Origin: Squalus acanthias
Taxonomy: Eukaryota
Direction of reading: 5' to 3'
Assembly: GCA_030390025.1 (NCBI GenBank)
Contig: CM059438.1
Span: 61,196,001-61,260,000, forward strand
Length of the DNA: 64,000 bases
Shown here: positions 11,365 through 22,309 of the stretch, piece by piece
Layout: each line of letters starts with the position of its first letter
How positions within the stretch are numbered: the first letter of the stretch is position 1
Position numbers and translations under genes: made by a program
The notes under the pieces: generated by a model
Seen by the model: the letters and a program-made list of their open reading frames with translations, nothing else
Database searches by the model: none
What the model was told of the DNA's origin: nothing

Positions 11365-11577
11365 ATATCGGGCTTCCCCATGGTGCAGGGCGCCCTCGAC
11401 TGCACACACGTGACTTTGCGGGCACCCCATATCAATCCTGAGATGTACCGCAACCGCAAAGGCTACCACTCACTTAATGTGCAGTTGGTGTGCAATCACG
11501 CCCAGCACATCACGATGGTGAATGCCTGGTATCCTGGCAGCAGTCATGATGCCTTCATCCTGTGCCAGTCAGATCAA
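11365..11577 (+). pseudogene. Harbinger transposase catalytic-domain fragment (continuation of 8329-8814)
   Basis: ISGFPMVQGALDCTHV..YRNRKGYHSLNVQLVC..YPGSSHDAFIL are hallmark HARBI1/DDE_Tnp_4 motifs. Confidence 0.92.
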
Positions 11578-11621
11578 TGACTGACTTTCATTTTTTTTAA
11601 AAGATTGTTTAGCTGCTGTTC

Positions 11622-11695
11622 CCTTCTTCTCCGGCAGTCCCTCTGAACCGAGGATGACTTGCTTCCACACTAACAATGAGTTCTCAGGTGACTTT
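11622..11695 (-). mobile_element. RTE-type LINE 3' terminal fragment
   Basis: Reverse complement reads GTGTGGAAGCAAGTCATCCTCGGTTCAGAGGGACTGCCGGAGAAGAAG, resembling recalled RTE 3' ends with a (GAA)n tail. Confidence 0.5.
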
Positions 11696-12004
11696 ACAAA
11701 GTGTGTCATTTGGTACATGACAGGCACATGTTAGATGCAATTTTTTTACTATATATATGTATAAATACACTGGATCTCCTTTAGCATTGCTCACAGTGAA
11801 GCAGAGGACACAGTGAATGTAATGCACAGCGTGTTATCAGAGTCAGAGATTAAATAAGTCAAGTTCCGTTTTTATTGCATGGTATTGTGGCATTTTTAAC
11901 CAGTGTTTTGGGGATCAAATTCTCTGATTCTGTCCATATTTCTGTAACTTTATATTATCTGTTCACCATAATTATATGTTACATTCCCTATCAAATCAAT
12001 TTTG

Positions 12005-12732
12005 GTCGGCTGTCTGAGGCTGAACCAGACTGTTCACAACCTTGGTGTGATATTTGACCCCAAGGTAAGCTTCCGACCACATATCCGCGCCATCACTAAG
12101 ACCGCCTATTTCCAACTCCGGAACATCACCCGTCTCCGCCCCGCCTCAGCTCATCTGCTGCTGAAACCCTCATCCATGCCTTTGTTACCTCTAGACTTGA
12201 CTATTCCAACGCACTCCTGGCTGGCCTCCCACATTCTACCCTACGTAAACTTGAGGTCATCCAAAACTCGACTGCCCGTGTCCTAACTCGCACCAAGTCC
12301 CGTTCACCCATCACCCCTGTGCTTGCTGACCGGCAATTGGCTCCCGGTTAAGCAACGCCTCGATTTAAAAATTCTCATCCTTGTTTTCAAATCCCTCCAT
12401 GGCCTCGCCCCTTCCTATCTCTGTAACCTCCTTCAGCCCCATAACCCCCCGAGATATCTGCGCTCCTCTAATTCTGGCCTCTTAAGCATCCCTGATTATA
12501 ATCGCTCCACCATTGGTGGCCGTGCCTTCAGCTGCCAAGGTCCTGAGCTCTGAAATTCCCTCTCTAAACCTCTCCGCCTCTCTACCTTTAAGACGCTCCT
12601 TAAAACCTACCTTCACCTGCCCTAATATTTCTTTATGTGGCTTGGTGTCAAATTTTGTTTGATAACACCTTGAGATGCCTTGGGACGTTTTACTGTGTTA
12701 AAGGCGCTATATAAATGCAAGTTGTTGTTGCT
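12005..12732 (+). mobile_element. L2 LINE 3' fragment
   Basis: [40 protein letters not shown] and GGRAFS motifs; tail GGCGCTATATAAATGCAAGTTGTTGTTG. Confidence 0.92.
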
Positions 12733-13078
12733 GTGAGCATCACTGGCAAGGCCAGCATTTATTGCCCATCCCTAGAGATACAAATAAACAGCTTGCTAGT
12801 CCCCTTCAGAGGGCAGTTAAGGGTCAACCACGTTGGTGTTGGACTGGAGTCACAGATAGGCCAGACCGTGTAAGGATGGCAAGTTCCCTTCCCTAATTGA
12901 CATTAGTGAACCAGTTGGGTTTTTACGACAATCTGACAGCTTCATGGTCACTCTTATTTTTTATTTCCAGATTTTTTTCAAAGTCTCAAACTACCCTGAT
13001 GGGATTTGAACTCCCGATTATGAGTCCAGGTGTCTGGATTACTGGTCCAGTAACATAACCAGCGCACTACCCGCACCC
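12733..13078 (-). mobile_element. tRNA-derived SINE whose 3' tail matches the LINE at 6950-7710
   Basis: On the minus strand: A-box-like TAGTGCGCTGG, B-box GAGTTCAAATCCC (13001-13013), and a tail 37/42 identical to 7645-7686. Confidence 0.8.
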
Positions 13079-13269
13079 CATTTTTGCAGCATTTGGTGTG
13101 ATCCTGAAGTCTCGCCACACAGACCAGGAATCACTGGCCAGACCCACACCTGGCCGGCAGTTCCGGCCCAGAACAATTTGACGTGCTCCCAGTCAGAGGT
13201 CAATCTGCCGCAGTATATGCGCTCTATCGTGTATTTGGACTGCAATCACAACTACAGTTGGAAAGTACG

Positions 13270-13600
13270 TGGAATTTGCAGCACAGGAACAGGCCAATCA
13301 GCGCAACAGGTCTACGCCGATGTTTATGTTCCACACAAGCCTCCTCCCACCTTACTTCATCTCACCCTATCAACATATCCTTTTATTCCTTTCTCCCTCA
13401 TGTTCTTATCTAGCTTCCCCTTAAATGCATCTGTGCTATTCGCCTCAACTACTCCCTGTGGTAGCGAGTTCCACATTCTAACCACTCCCTGGGTAAAGGA
13501 GTTTCTCCTGAATGCCCCATTGGATTTATTACTGACTCTCTTATATTTATGGCTCCTGGTTTTGGACTCTCCACAAGTGGAAACATCTTCTCTCCATCTA
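13270..13600 (-). mobile_element. CR1 LINE 3' fragment
   Basis: Minus-strand translation TRSHKYK..RRNSFTQGVVRMWNSLPQGVVEA..FKGKLD is the CR1 ORF2 C-terminus, followed by a CR1-type 3' UTR. Confidence 0.85.
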
Positions 13601-13666
13601 ATTTTGTGCTTGTGCAGCTTCACTCACATTGGGCTCTGCATTGGTTCCAGGCAGCTACAGGCTTCG

Positions 13667-13850
13667 GCCTGGATTTTCCTCTTTTATCCCATCCGAAATT
13701 GGGCGGCACAGCGGCATAAATAATGGGGACAATTGTGTGGTGAGGCCGACCACCGTTTCCCCACCCTGACTTCAATCGCCCTCCCCTCGGGAGATTGGAT
13801 AGGCGATAGAAGACCGAGTCGGAATAATCGATACATACTCGAATCGGAAG
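13667..13850. mobile_element. Possible truncated Harbinger-type MITE end
   Basis: CpG-rich segment starting GGCCTGGATTTTCC, similar to the other GG..GGA(A/T)TTT termini in the window. No partner TIR found. Confidence 0.35.
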
Positions 13851-14284
13851 GAAGTGACTAGTGGCGTCCCACAAAGATCTGCGGTGGGGCCTCAACTATC
13901 CACTGTATTTATTAATAACTTAGGTGCCAAAATAGAAAGCCATTTATCCAAGTTTGCCGATGACACAAAGATTGGTGGCATAGTAAGTAGTGTAGATGGA
14001 AGCATGAAATTACAAAGAGACATTGATAGATTAAGTGAGTGGGCAAAACTGTGGCAGATGGATTTCAACGCAAGTAAGTGTGAGGTCATACATTTTGGAC
14101 CAAAAACGGATCGATCCGAGTATTTTTTAAATGGTGAAAAGCTACGAACAGTGGATGTCCAAAGAGATTTAGGGGTCCATGTACAGAGACCACTAAAATG
14201 TAGCGGACAGGTACAAAAAAGTAATCAAAAAGGCTAATGGAATGTTAGCCTATATATCTAGAGGGTTAGAATATAAAGGGGAGG
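13851..14284 (+). mobile_element. CR1 RT fragment
   Basis: VTSGVPQRS, SKFADDTKIGG, LQRDIDRLSEWA and QRDLGVHV motifs. Confidence 0.92.
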
Positions 14285-17200
14285 AACATAAGAACATAAG
14301 AAATAGGAGCAGGAGTAGGCCATTCGGCCCCTCAAGCCTGCTCCGCCATTCAATAAGATCATGGCTGATCTTCTACCTCAACTCCACTTTCCCGCACTGA
14401 TCCCCATATCCCTTGATTCCCTTAATATCCAAAAATCTATTGATCTCTGTCTTAAACATACTCAACTACTGAGGCTCCACAGCCCTCTGATAGAGAATTC
14501 CAAAGATTCACCACCCTCTGAGTGAAGAAATTTCTCCTCATCTCAGTTCTAAATGGCCAACCCCTTAATCTGAGACTGTGACCCCTGTTTCTAGACTTCC
14601 CCAGCCAGGGGAAACATCCTCCCTGCATCTACCCTGTCAAGTCCTGTAAGAATTTTGTATGTTTCAATGAGATCACCTCTCATTCTTCTAAACTCTAGAG
14701 AATATAGGCCTAGTCTACTCAATCTCTCCTCATAGGACAATCCCCCCATCCCAGGAATCAGTCTGGTGAACTTTCGTTGCACTCCCTCTATGGCAAGTAT
14801 ATCCTTCCTTAGGTAAGAAGACCAAAACTGTACACAATACTCCAGATGTGGTCTCACCAGGGCCCTATATAATTGCAGTAAGACATCTTTACTCTTATAC
14901 TCAAATCCTCTTGTAATAAAGGCCAACATACCATTTGCTTTCCTAATTGCTTGCTGTACCTGCATGTTAACTTTCAGTGATTCGTGTACGAGGACACCCA
15001 GGTCCCTCTGAAAACCAACATTTCCCAATCTCTTACCATTTAAAAAATACTCTGCTTTTCTGTTTTTCCTACCAAAGTCGATAACTTCACATTTCTCCAC
15101 ATTATATTCCATTTTCCATGTTCTTGCCCACTCTATATCCTCTTGCAGCCTCTTTGCATCCTCCTCACAATTTACATTCCCACCTAGTTTTGTATCATCA
15201 GCAAACTTGGATATATTACATTTGGTCCCCTCATCCAAATCATTGATGTAGATTGTGAATATTGGGTATTAATTCTTTAAATGCTAGCCATTGCTTGTCT
15301 ACCATCATACCTTTTAATGTAATTTCCCAAACTATCGTAGCCAACTCGCCCCTCATACCTACGTAGTTTGCTTTGTTTAGATTTAAGAGCCTAGTTTCGG
15401 ATTTAACTAAAGCACTTTCAAACTCAATATAAAATTCTATCATATTATGGTCACACTTCCCTAAAGGGCACTTTACTACAAGGTTATTAATTAACCCTTT
15501 CTTGTTGCACAATACTAGATTTAAATAGCCTGTTCCTTAGTTGGTTCCTCAATATACTGATCTAGAAAACTATCTTGTATACATTTAGTGAATTCGTCCT
15601 CCACACTATTACTGCAAATTTGGTTTGCCCAGTCTATATGTAGTTTAAAGTCCCCCATGATTACTGTATTACCCTTGTTACATGCGCCTCTAATTTCTTG
15701 ATTTATACTCTGCCCTACATTACAACTATTGTTTGTGGACCTATAAACAACTCCCACCAATGTTTTCTGCCCCTTGCTGTTTCTTAGCTCCACCCAAACT
15801 GATTCTACTTCTTGATTTTCGGAGCTAAGATCCTTTCTCTCTACTGTCTTTATCCCATCCTTTATTATCAGGGCTATCCCTTCTCCTTTCCCATTTTGCC
15901 TATCTCTTCTAAAAGTTAAGTATCCTGGAATATTTAGTTCCCAACCTTGGCCACTTTGCAACCACGCCTCCATAATGGCTATTAGATCAAACCTATTAAT
16001 TTCTATCTGCACTATTAATTCATCTATTTTGTTGTGAATGCTTCGCACTTTCAGATATAGTGCCTTTAGCTTTGACTTTTTTCTATTTTTTCCTGATGTC
16101 ACCTTAGTCACTGATGCCTTATTATCTTTGTTACTCTCTATCCCTTCCTGACCTACTCTGCTTATTTTTACCCAAAACTCTACTCTGCTCTAGAGCCTTG
16201 ACATTTCTCTCGCTGCTTTAAAATTTACTCTTTCCTGAATCCTCCCAGCCCCCCGGCCCCTCCTTCATTAGTTTAAAACCCTCTCTACTGCCCTAGTTAT
16301 TCGATTCACCAGGACACTGGTCCCAGCATGATTTAAGTGGAGCCCATCCCCACAGAACAGCTCCCTCTTCCCCCAGTACTGGTGCCAGTGCCCCATGAAC
16401 TGAAACCCCTTCCTCTCACACCACTCTTTGAGCCACGCATTTAAACCTCTAGGGGGAAAAATTGAGTCGCGTCCCCGTTTGGGGCGCTAACTTAGCCGGG
16501 TTTAGCGCCCCAGAAAAATTAGCGCCCCCACGGCCGAAATTGAGTGGTAATGCCCCAAGAGGGAAGCGGGGCGCTACTGGAAGTGCCCCGCCTCCCTCTT
16601 GGGGCGCTGCTAAGGGAATAGCGCGGTGCGACGTGCCGCAGTATTGTAGGCCATCCTCCCATTCTTAAAGGGGAGGGGCCTTGCGCAGCGTGACCCGGGG
16701 ATCGGAGTGCCGGCAGAAGTGCCGGGCTCATGGAGCGCAGCCGGCACTCTGCGGGGGGGGGCCGGGTCAGGAGGCTGGGGACGGCAGCGGAGGCAGGTGC
16801 TGGCAGGCGGCCAGTAACAAAAAGTGGCCACCCGGAACCTCACCTTTAAATAGCGCCAGCCGCGGCCGCAGGTAGGCCCCCCTTGACCCCGTCGCGCAGA
16901 GCGTCCGGCGGTAAGTCAGGGGGCGCCACCGAAGATCGCGGCCGGGGTGCGAGCGGGGCGCTGCGCACGGTGATGACATCATCACCGGCGGCGCAGCACC
17001 GCGGGGCACTAACGGTTAGCCGCTAACCTCCCGCTGAATTTTGCGTTGGCAGCGCCGCGCCCGGGCACTAGTTGCTTTGCGCCCCATTAGCGCCCTCTTA
17101 GGGCGCTAACGGGAGGCGCAAAGCAACCGAATTTTCCCCCCCAATCTGTTTGTCCCTATGCCAATTTGCGCATGGCTCAAGTAACAATCCAGAGAGTATT

Positions 17201-17439
17201 ACCTTTGAGGTTCTGCATTTTAATTTGGATCCTAGTTCCTCAAACTCACTCAGCAGAACTTCATTCCTAATTCTACCTATGGCGTTGATTCCTACGTGGA
17301 CCACAACAACTGGATCCTACCCCTCCCACTCCAAGTTCTTCTCCAGCCGCGAGGAAATATCCTTAACCCTGGCACCGGGCAGGCAACACAGCCTTCGGTA
17401 CTCCCTGTCACAGGCTGCAGAGAACAGTATCTATCCCCC
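14285..17439 (-). mobile_element. CR1 LINE (ORF1 esterase, endonuclease, partial RT, 3' tail), internally deleted and split by a MITE
   Basis: (TTCTTATG)n tail at 14285. RT C-terminus at 14591-15238 (SKFADDTKLGG, LVRPHLEYCVQFWS). Endonuclease at 15240-16111. ORF1 pieces on both sides of 16452-17140. Deletion junction near 15260. Confidence 0.93.
16452..17140. mobile_element. GC-rich MITE (Harbinger-like) inserted in CR1 ORF1
   Basis: Termini GGGGGAAAAATT and AATTTTCCCCC; flanks CTA / CCA (possible 3-bp TSD with one change); repeated GGGCGCTAA/TTAGCGCCC subterminal motifs. The CR1 sequence is continuous across it. Confidence 0.85.
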
Positions 17440-17499
17440 TGGTTAGACCACATCTGGAGTATTGTGTACAGTTCTGTGACCTTGGTGAACAATGGGACC

Positions 17500-18090
17500 A
17501 ACTGTCTATCTCATTAACCAATGAGATTTAAGGAATGAGAAAGAATAAGAGGAACGACGGAGAAGGAAATAGGGGGAATTGGAGTCAAATTAGATACAGA
17601 AAGAGAAATAAAGAGAGAAAGATTGGATTAAGAGAGAGAGAATAAAGAGACAGAAAGGAAAAGTAACAAAAACAAAGTTTTAATTTAAAATTTTAATAAT
17701 CTCTAAGGACAATTTACTACCTGCAAGAATGAGTCTCCACAGTTTCAATTGTTCCCTTTCCAGGCTGGAGAGGTTGAGCGGCATTGCAGGAAAATAATTC
17801 TCGTGATTAAAGGGTCCTTATGTTTTTAAATGCCTGCCCTAACTTTCTGCGGCGAGTTTAATTTGTTTTAACAGCGCAAAATGCGGCAATTTCTTGTCAC
17901 TCACGGGGAGGTTGAGAGCGAACTCCCGTTTTCGTGAGGGTAATGGCGGTGCGGCGCAAATCGTCCAGCAATTTGTGGTGATACGCATCTTAGGCCACTT
18001 ATCTCTTCCTCGCCAGAAGTTGCTGGGGGTTTTTAACAGACTAAACGTGTGCATTAAAATCGCTGTTATTTTCCCAGCAAATTCTAGACC
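17500..18090. mobile_element. Partial TIR element related to 2887-5580
   Basis: Ends in GCAAATTCTAGACC, whose reverse complement GGTCTAGAATTTGC matches GGTCTGGAATTTGC at 2887 at 13/14 positions. The left boundary is approximate. Confidence 0.55.
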
Positions 18091-18134
18091 GATAGCCAGC
18101 AAGTCAAAGCCATCCCTGGATGTAGACCCAGAGC

Positions 18135-18389
18135 GAGATAAGGAGAATTTTTTTTACGCAGCGAGTTGTTACGATCTGGAATGCGCTGCCTGAAAGGGTG
18201 GTGGAAGCAGATTCAATAGTAACTTTCAAAAGGGAATTGGATAAATATTTGAAAAGGAAAAATTTGCAGGGCTGTGGGGAAAGAGCAGGGGGGAGTGGGA
18301 CTAATTGGAGAGCTCTTTCAAAGAGCCGGCACAGGCACAATGGGCCAAAAGGCCTCCTTCTGTGCTGTATGATTCTATGATTCTATGAT
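18135..18389 (+). mobile_element. CR1 3' end with (ATTCTATG)n tail
   Basis: VVEADSIVTFKRELDKYLK motif, 3' UTR hairpin region and TGATTCTATGATTCTATG tail. Confidence 0.9.
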
Positions 18390-18456
18390 ATAGGCCTCAG
18401 ATCAGGGCCATTGCTTTCTGATGAGTGAACAGGGTAAATTCTGTTCTGCTACATAG

Positions 18457-18600
18457 GATTCTCGGATTTTCAGCAGGATTTGGGGATCAGATTTTGCAGT
18501 TCTGTGAAAACCAAACTTAAAGGCCTTGCCTATGACATGAAAATGAGTAGATTTACAGAGAGTGCAGTGGGACATGAGCTTATTGTGATTGAAGCTGCAG
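18457..18600 (+). CDS. Candidate internal coding exon of an unidentified host gene (144 nt, phase 1-1)
   Basis: Acceptor TTCTGTTCTGCTACATAG|GA, donor GCAG|GTACAT, open frame (G)FSDFQQDLGIRFCSSVKTKLKGLAYDMKMSRFTESAVGHELIVIEAA in non-repeat sequence. No homology recognised. Confidence 0.35.
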
Positions 18601-19064
18601 GTACATTTAATCATGAGGACATTCTGTGTGTGGAGGAGCGGTTCTATGGTGGCAGACCAGCTTCATCCCCACGGCAATGGAGTGATCGGGTTTTACGCCA
18701 ATCTCCCATCAAAGTTAGAGTGAGCGATGAGTAGAACCCTGCTGAAGAGGGGGTTGGAGGAGGCTCGTGTGGAGCATTAGCACCAGCATGGAGCAGGTGG
18801 GCCAAATGGCCTGTTTCTGTGCTGTACATTCCGTATCATTTCTGGACCAATTCATCCATCACTTGTATGGGAGGGAAAAACTGTACAAATGTAGATTTAT
18901 TTTTGCAGTGGTGGATCCATAATTTCCCCGGGCTACTCCCCCTCCACCATCGTAACTTCGACGCAAGTCCGCGCAAGCCCCGTTTCGGGCAGCGTAGGAG
19001 GAAGTCCTGAGGAAATTCCCGTCCATTTTCTTCAGATTGCAACCAATTTGACCCAGAATGAAAC

Positions 19065-19523
19065 TGGGACGAAAAGGGTTAAATTATGAGGCCAGCTTTC
19101 ATAGACTAGGCTTGTATTTCCTTGAGTATAACAGATTAAAGGGGTGATCTAATTGAGGTGGTTAAGATGATTAAAGGAGCTGATAGGGGAGATGGAGAGA
19201 AACTATTGCCTCTGGTTGGGGGGGGGGAGTCCAGAACAACGGAGCATAACCTTAAAAATTAGAGCCAAGCCATTCAGGGTGATGACAGGAAGCACTTCTT
19301 CACACAAAGGTTAGTGGAAATCTGGAACTCTCTGCCCCAAAAGGTTGTTGAGCCGGGGGGGTTCAATTGAAAATTTCAAAACTAAGATTGCTAGATTTTT
19401 GGGGAGTAAAGGTATGAAGGGTTACAGAACCAAGGCGGGTACAAAGTTAAGAGCTATGGTCTAATTGAATGGCGGAACAGGTTCCAGGGGCTGAATGGCC
19501 TGCTCCTGTTCCTTTGTTCCTAA
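19065..19523 (+). mobile_element. Decayed CR1 3' fragment
   Basis: Degenerate LGLYFLE..GDLIEVVKMIKG..HFFTQRLVEIWNSLP, followed by a CR1-type 3' UTR (GAATGGCGG..GGGCTGAATGGCCTGCTCCTGTTCCT). Confidence 0.85.
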
Positions 19524-20164
19524 TTTGATGAGGCCCCCCCCCTCACTCGAGACACAGGGCTATTTACAGTACATGGTTGGGGCACAAGTGTCCAAAAGCC
19601 ACAGTGAATCGGGTCATACCAAAGAAAGAGTTCCCTGGCCGAATTCTGGGCAAGGCTAAGTTGCGCCAAACCAGAGCCGATCCCCGTGAGAAACCCACCC
19701 AGCGAGTTAGGTTAAAATTGCCCCCATGTAAGTGATGTGATGCACGCTTTGCCCTGGATCTCCTTTCAGTAAGCTTCCATTCTTAGTGAGTAGCGTCAAA
19801 CTTGGCTACACTGGGCCATTCAGTGAAGCAGCTGGGAGCAAGAGTAATGTTAAATTCTGGCCACTTTCTCCTGCCACACACCATTAGGAATGATTCATTT
19901 CTAAAAGGGTCAAGGAATCTTATAGCCTGGTTGGTAAGCTCATTAACCAGCTTGATTTCAAAATTGGATGCAATTGGACACTTAATCTGTCCACAAGACC
20001 TAAATTGAATGCCAATACTTTGCTGTAATTGCAAAGCTTTTACTAAAACATTTCTCTAACATGTGACAGTAGGAAAATCTCGCTCTTTGTGTCTAGGCTG
20101 GATGCCAGTCTGAGTCCTGGGGTGAAAGGTCAACGCCTGCATACCTGCTCCCTCTCCCATCACA

Positions 20165-20412
20165 AGGGTTGCTAACCCTCCAGGACTGACCTGGAGTCTC
20201 CAGGAGTTGACGATTAATCTCCAGGTTACTGCTGCCAGCAAAACTCGGGAGAAAAATCTTAGGAGCAGTTAAAAAATTGTGTGCTTTTATTTCATTTTCT
20301 CTGAACACTTGTGTTGGGCGACTAATAGCGGGAGCGCGGGGCGGGGCAATGGGAAGTGGGACATTGTATAATGTAATCTCCAGGAATACATCCAACCAGA
20401 GTTGGCAACACT
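20165..20412. mobile_element. Short MITE with AGGGTTGC(C/T)AAC termini (hAT-like)
   Basis: AGGGTTGCTAAC at 20165 and GTTGGCAACACT at 20401-20412 are imperfect inverted repeats; CTCCAGG motifs recur inside. TSD not clear. Confidence 0.6.
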
Positions 20413-20424
20413 TTTCAATCACAC

Positions 20425-20620
20425 AGAAGCTTATAGTTCACTGAGAGGTCCTTACAGGGTTATTGAGAAGCTGATAGTGAGAGGGCCTTACAGGGCTGTT
20501 GAGAAACTAACAAACAAACATTCTCCAAAGGTCATTGAGAAGCTAATTTGGTCAAGGGTGCTTCAAGGGTCATAGGAAGATGAATGAAGTGAGAGTATTC
20601 ATAGGGTCATCGGGCAAAGT
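20425..20620. repeat. Degenerate ~35-bp tandem repeat (GAGAGGGCCTTACAGGGTTATTGAGAAGCTGATAGT-like)
   Basis: CCTTACAGGG..TTGAGAA recurs at ~20450 and ~20486, with more diverged copies to ~20610. Confidence 0.6.
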
Positions 20621-21587
20621 GAGGGCCACTTGAGAAATGACTCGTTCACTTCGGACCCACAGACGGTGAGCAGTCAAAACATGCTTCCAATAAATGCTAA
20701 ATAGCAAAACTGTAAAACACAATTATTTCCATCCTGTGCCGCTTTCAATTATATTTTCTTTTATAACAGAATTGACTTAAAAATTACCTGTGCAAGTGGA
20801 CCCCTTTTGCACACATATTTCTGCACGGTCAACATTGTTTTTTAGCCACTGAATGAGAATAATTTAAAGGTTTACGGCTTGATTTATTCAGTTCCAGATG
20901 TTTGCAGTGCTTGGAATGCAGAGTGCAAAGTTTCCAATGTGCTTAAGGTCTCATTCGGATTCCACACGGTGACCTCCAGTCTGCCTCGCTTCTGTGAGAC
21001 ATTCAGATGCCCTGATCCCATCCGGCTGATGCGGTGCGCAAGTCGGGACCGTACAGCTGCTGACGCTAGAGACTGTACTTTGACGTCAAAGGGCCTCACA
21101 GAGTCACTGAGCCTGGTTTGGTAGGAGAGAACGGCTCACAAGTACTGTGAAGGTGGATTTGAAATTGACGGACAGGAGGTACACAAGCAGACTGATGGAA
21201 TGCAAGACTTACGGGAAGGTTGGGAAATACAGCAACAGTGTTCAGGGCTTGGAGGCCATTCAGGTTGGGCCCTCTCACCTTAAGCAGGTCACAAGTAAGT
21301 GCTACATCTCCAGTGGGTCATTTCCTGTCACTCTAATCATCAGGCTGTCAATGTGCGAGGCCACAGGACTGATGGTTTATACAGTAGCTCTAAGTTTCTC
21401 TTTGCTTTGAGCTGTGCAACACAACCGGCTTGCATCCCCAATTGGGCCTGTGCTTTGCTTCTCCACCTGGGGCCAAGTCACTAGATGGAGGCGCAAAGCA
21501 GGGGCCAGATGTTCGCTGAAAATGTCGGTGCGACTGGGTTCATTCAGTGTATTGTAACCATGGACACATTAGGCTGGAGTGGGAGTG

Positions 21588-21763
21588 GGGGGGGTGAAAC
21601 TCGCCTTGGGCGGGTATGCGAAACGGGCGGTATCGCCTCTGCCACCCGTTATACGTCCTGTCCAATAGTGACTTCAATGGCATTGAATATCGGGCAGGGA
21701 GTATAACTGGCGGCAGATGCGACGCTGCCCCTTATCCCACCCTACCGACAAAATTTCAGGGGG
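21588..21763. mobile_element. Palindromic (hairpin) MITE
   Basis: Arms 21633-21667 and 21688-21722 are reverse complements at 28/35 positions, around a GACTTCAATGGCATTGAA centre. Confidence 0.7.
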
Positions 21764-22309
21764 AACCCCGTTCGTGTGTGTATGTGGACGTTTCTGCCGA
21801 AGTCTTGACACAGAGCGGGCTGAGTGCTGGGGAAATATACTCCCATCGAGAAATTGCACTCGAGCCAAAGTTGCTCCTTGTGTGCTGCGAATTCAACACT
21901 TCAATTTGCTTCCAGCAAGACCAGCGCTGCACCCTAGTGTTCTACAGGTCAGAATACTCTCGGCCCATGTGTGGGAGCACAAATCTACAGCTGCACTGCT
22001 GGATGTTTTCAGTTCAAGTGAGCGTGAAGACCTCCCACATTAATGGTTACCCTTAAATGGTAGATGATGCGGAGATATGCGGAGTTAAAAAACAAACACA
22101 AAATAACAAACCCAAAAAACAAACCCAAAAAGGACGGAGAGAGAGGAAGGGATATGGAGAGGATATACAGACAGCAGGATTTGACACGTTGGACCCCCTG
22201 GGACACATCTCATTGTCTTGGCTGTGCTCTTGGTGTGTCTTTGATGTAAGGAAAGATTGTATCTCTGCATTTTCTGTGTTTATATTCTGTGAACTTTTGT
22301 AGATTCACT

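Larger units (their letters stand above)
7832..11577 (+). mobile_element. PIF/Harbinger DNA transposon (left end and transposase), interrupted by a CR1 and 3'-truncated
   Basis: CpG-rich left end starting GGCCGCGGAATTC just after TTAT; HARBI1-family transposase pieces at 8329-8814 and 11365-11577. Confidence 0.8.

Noticed and set aside
8329..11577. Host HARBI1 gene with an intron
   Set aside because: The intervening sequence is a CR1 without GT..AG ends, the ORF is truncated, and it is preceded by a transposon-like end.
16462..17009. Several short GC-rich ORFs / CpG-island promoter of a gene
   Set aside because: They lie entirely within the MITE, and the ORFs reflect stop-codon scarcity in GC-rich DNA.
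19770..19933. Exon candidate ending at TTG|GTAAGC
   Set aside because: The stronger acceptors lead to stops; only a weak acceptor gives an open frame, and no homology was recognisable.
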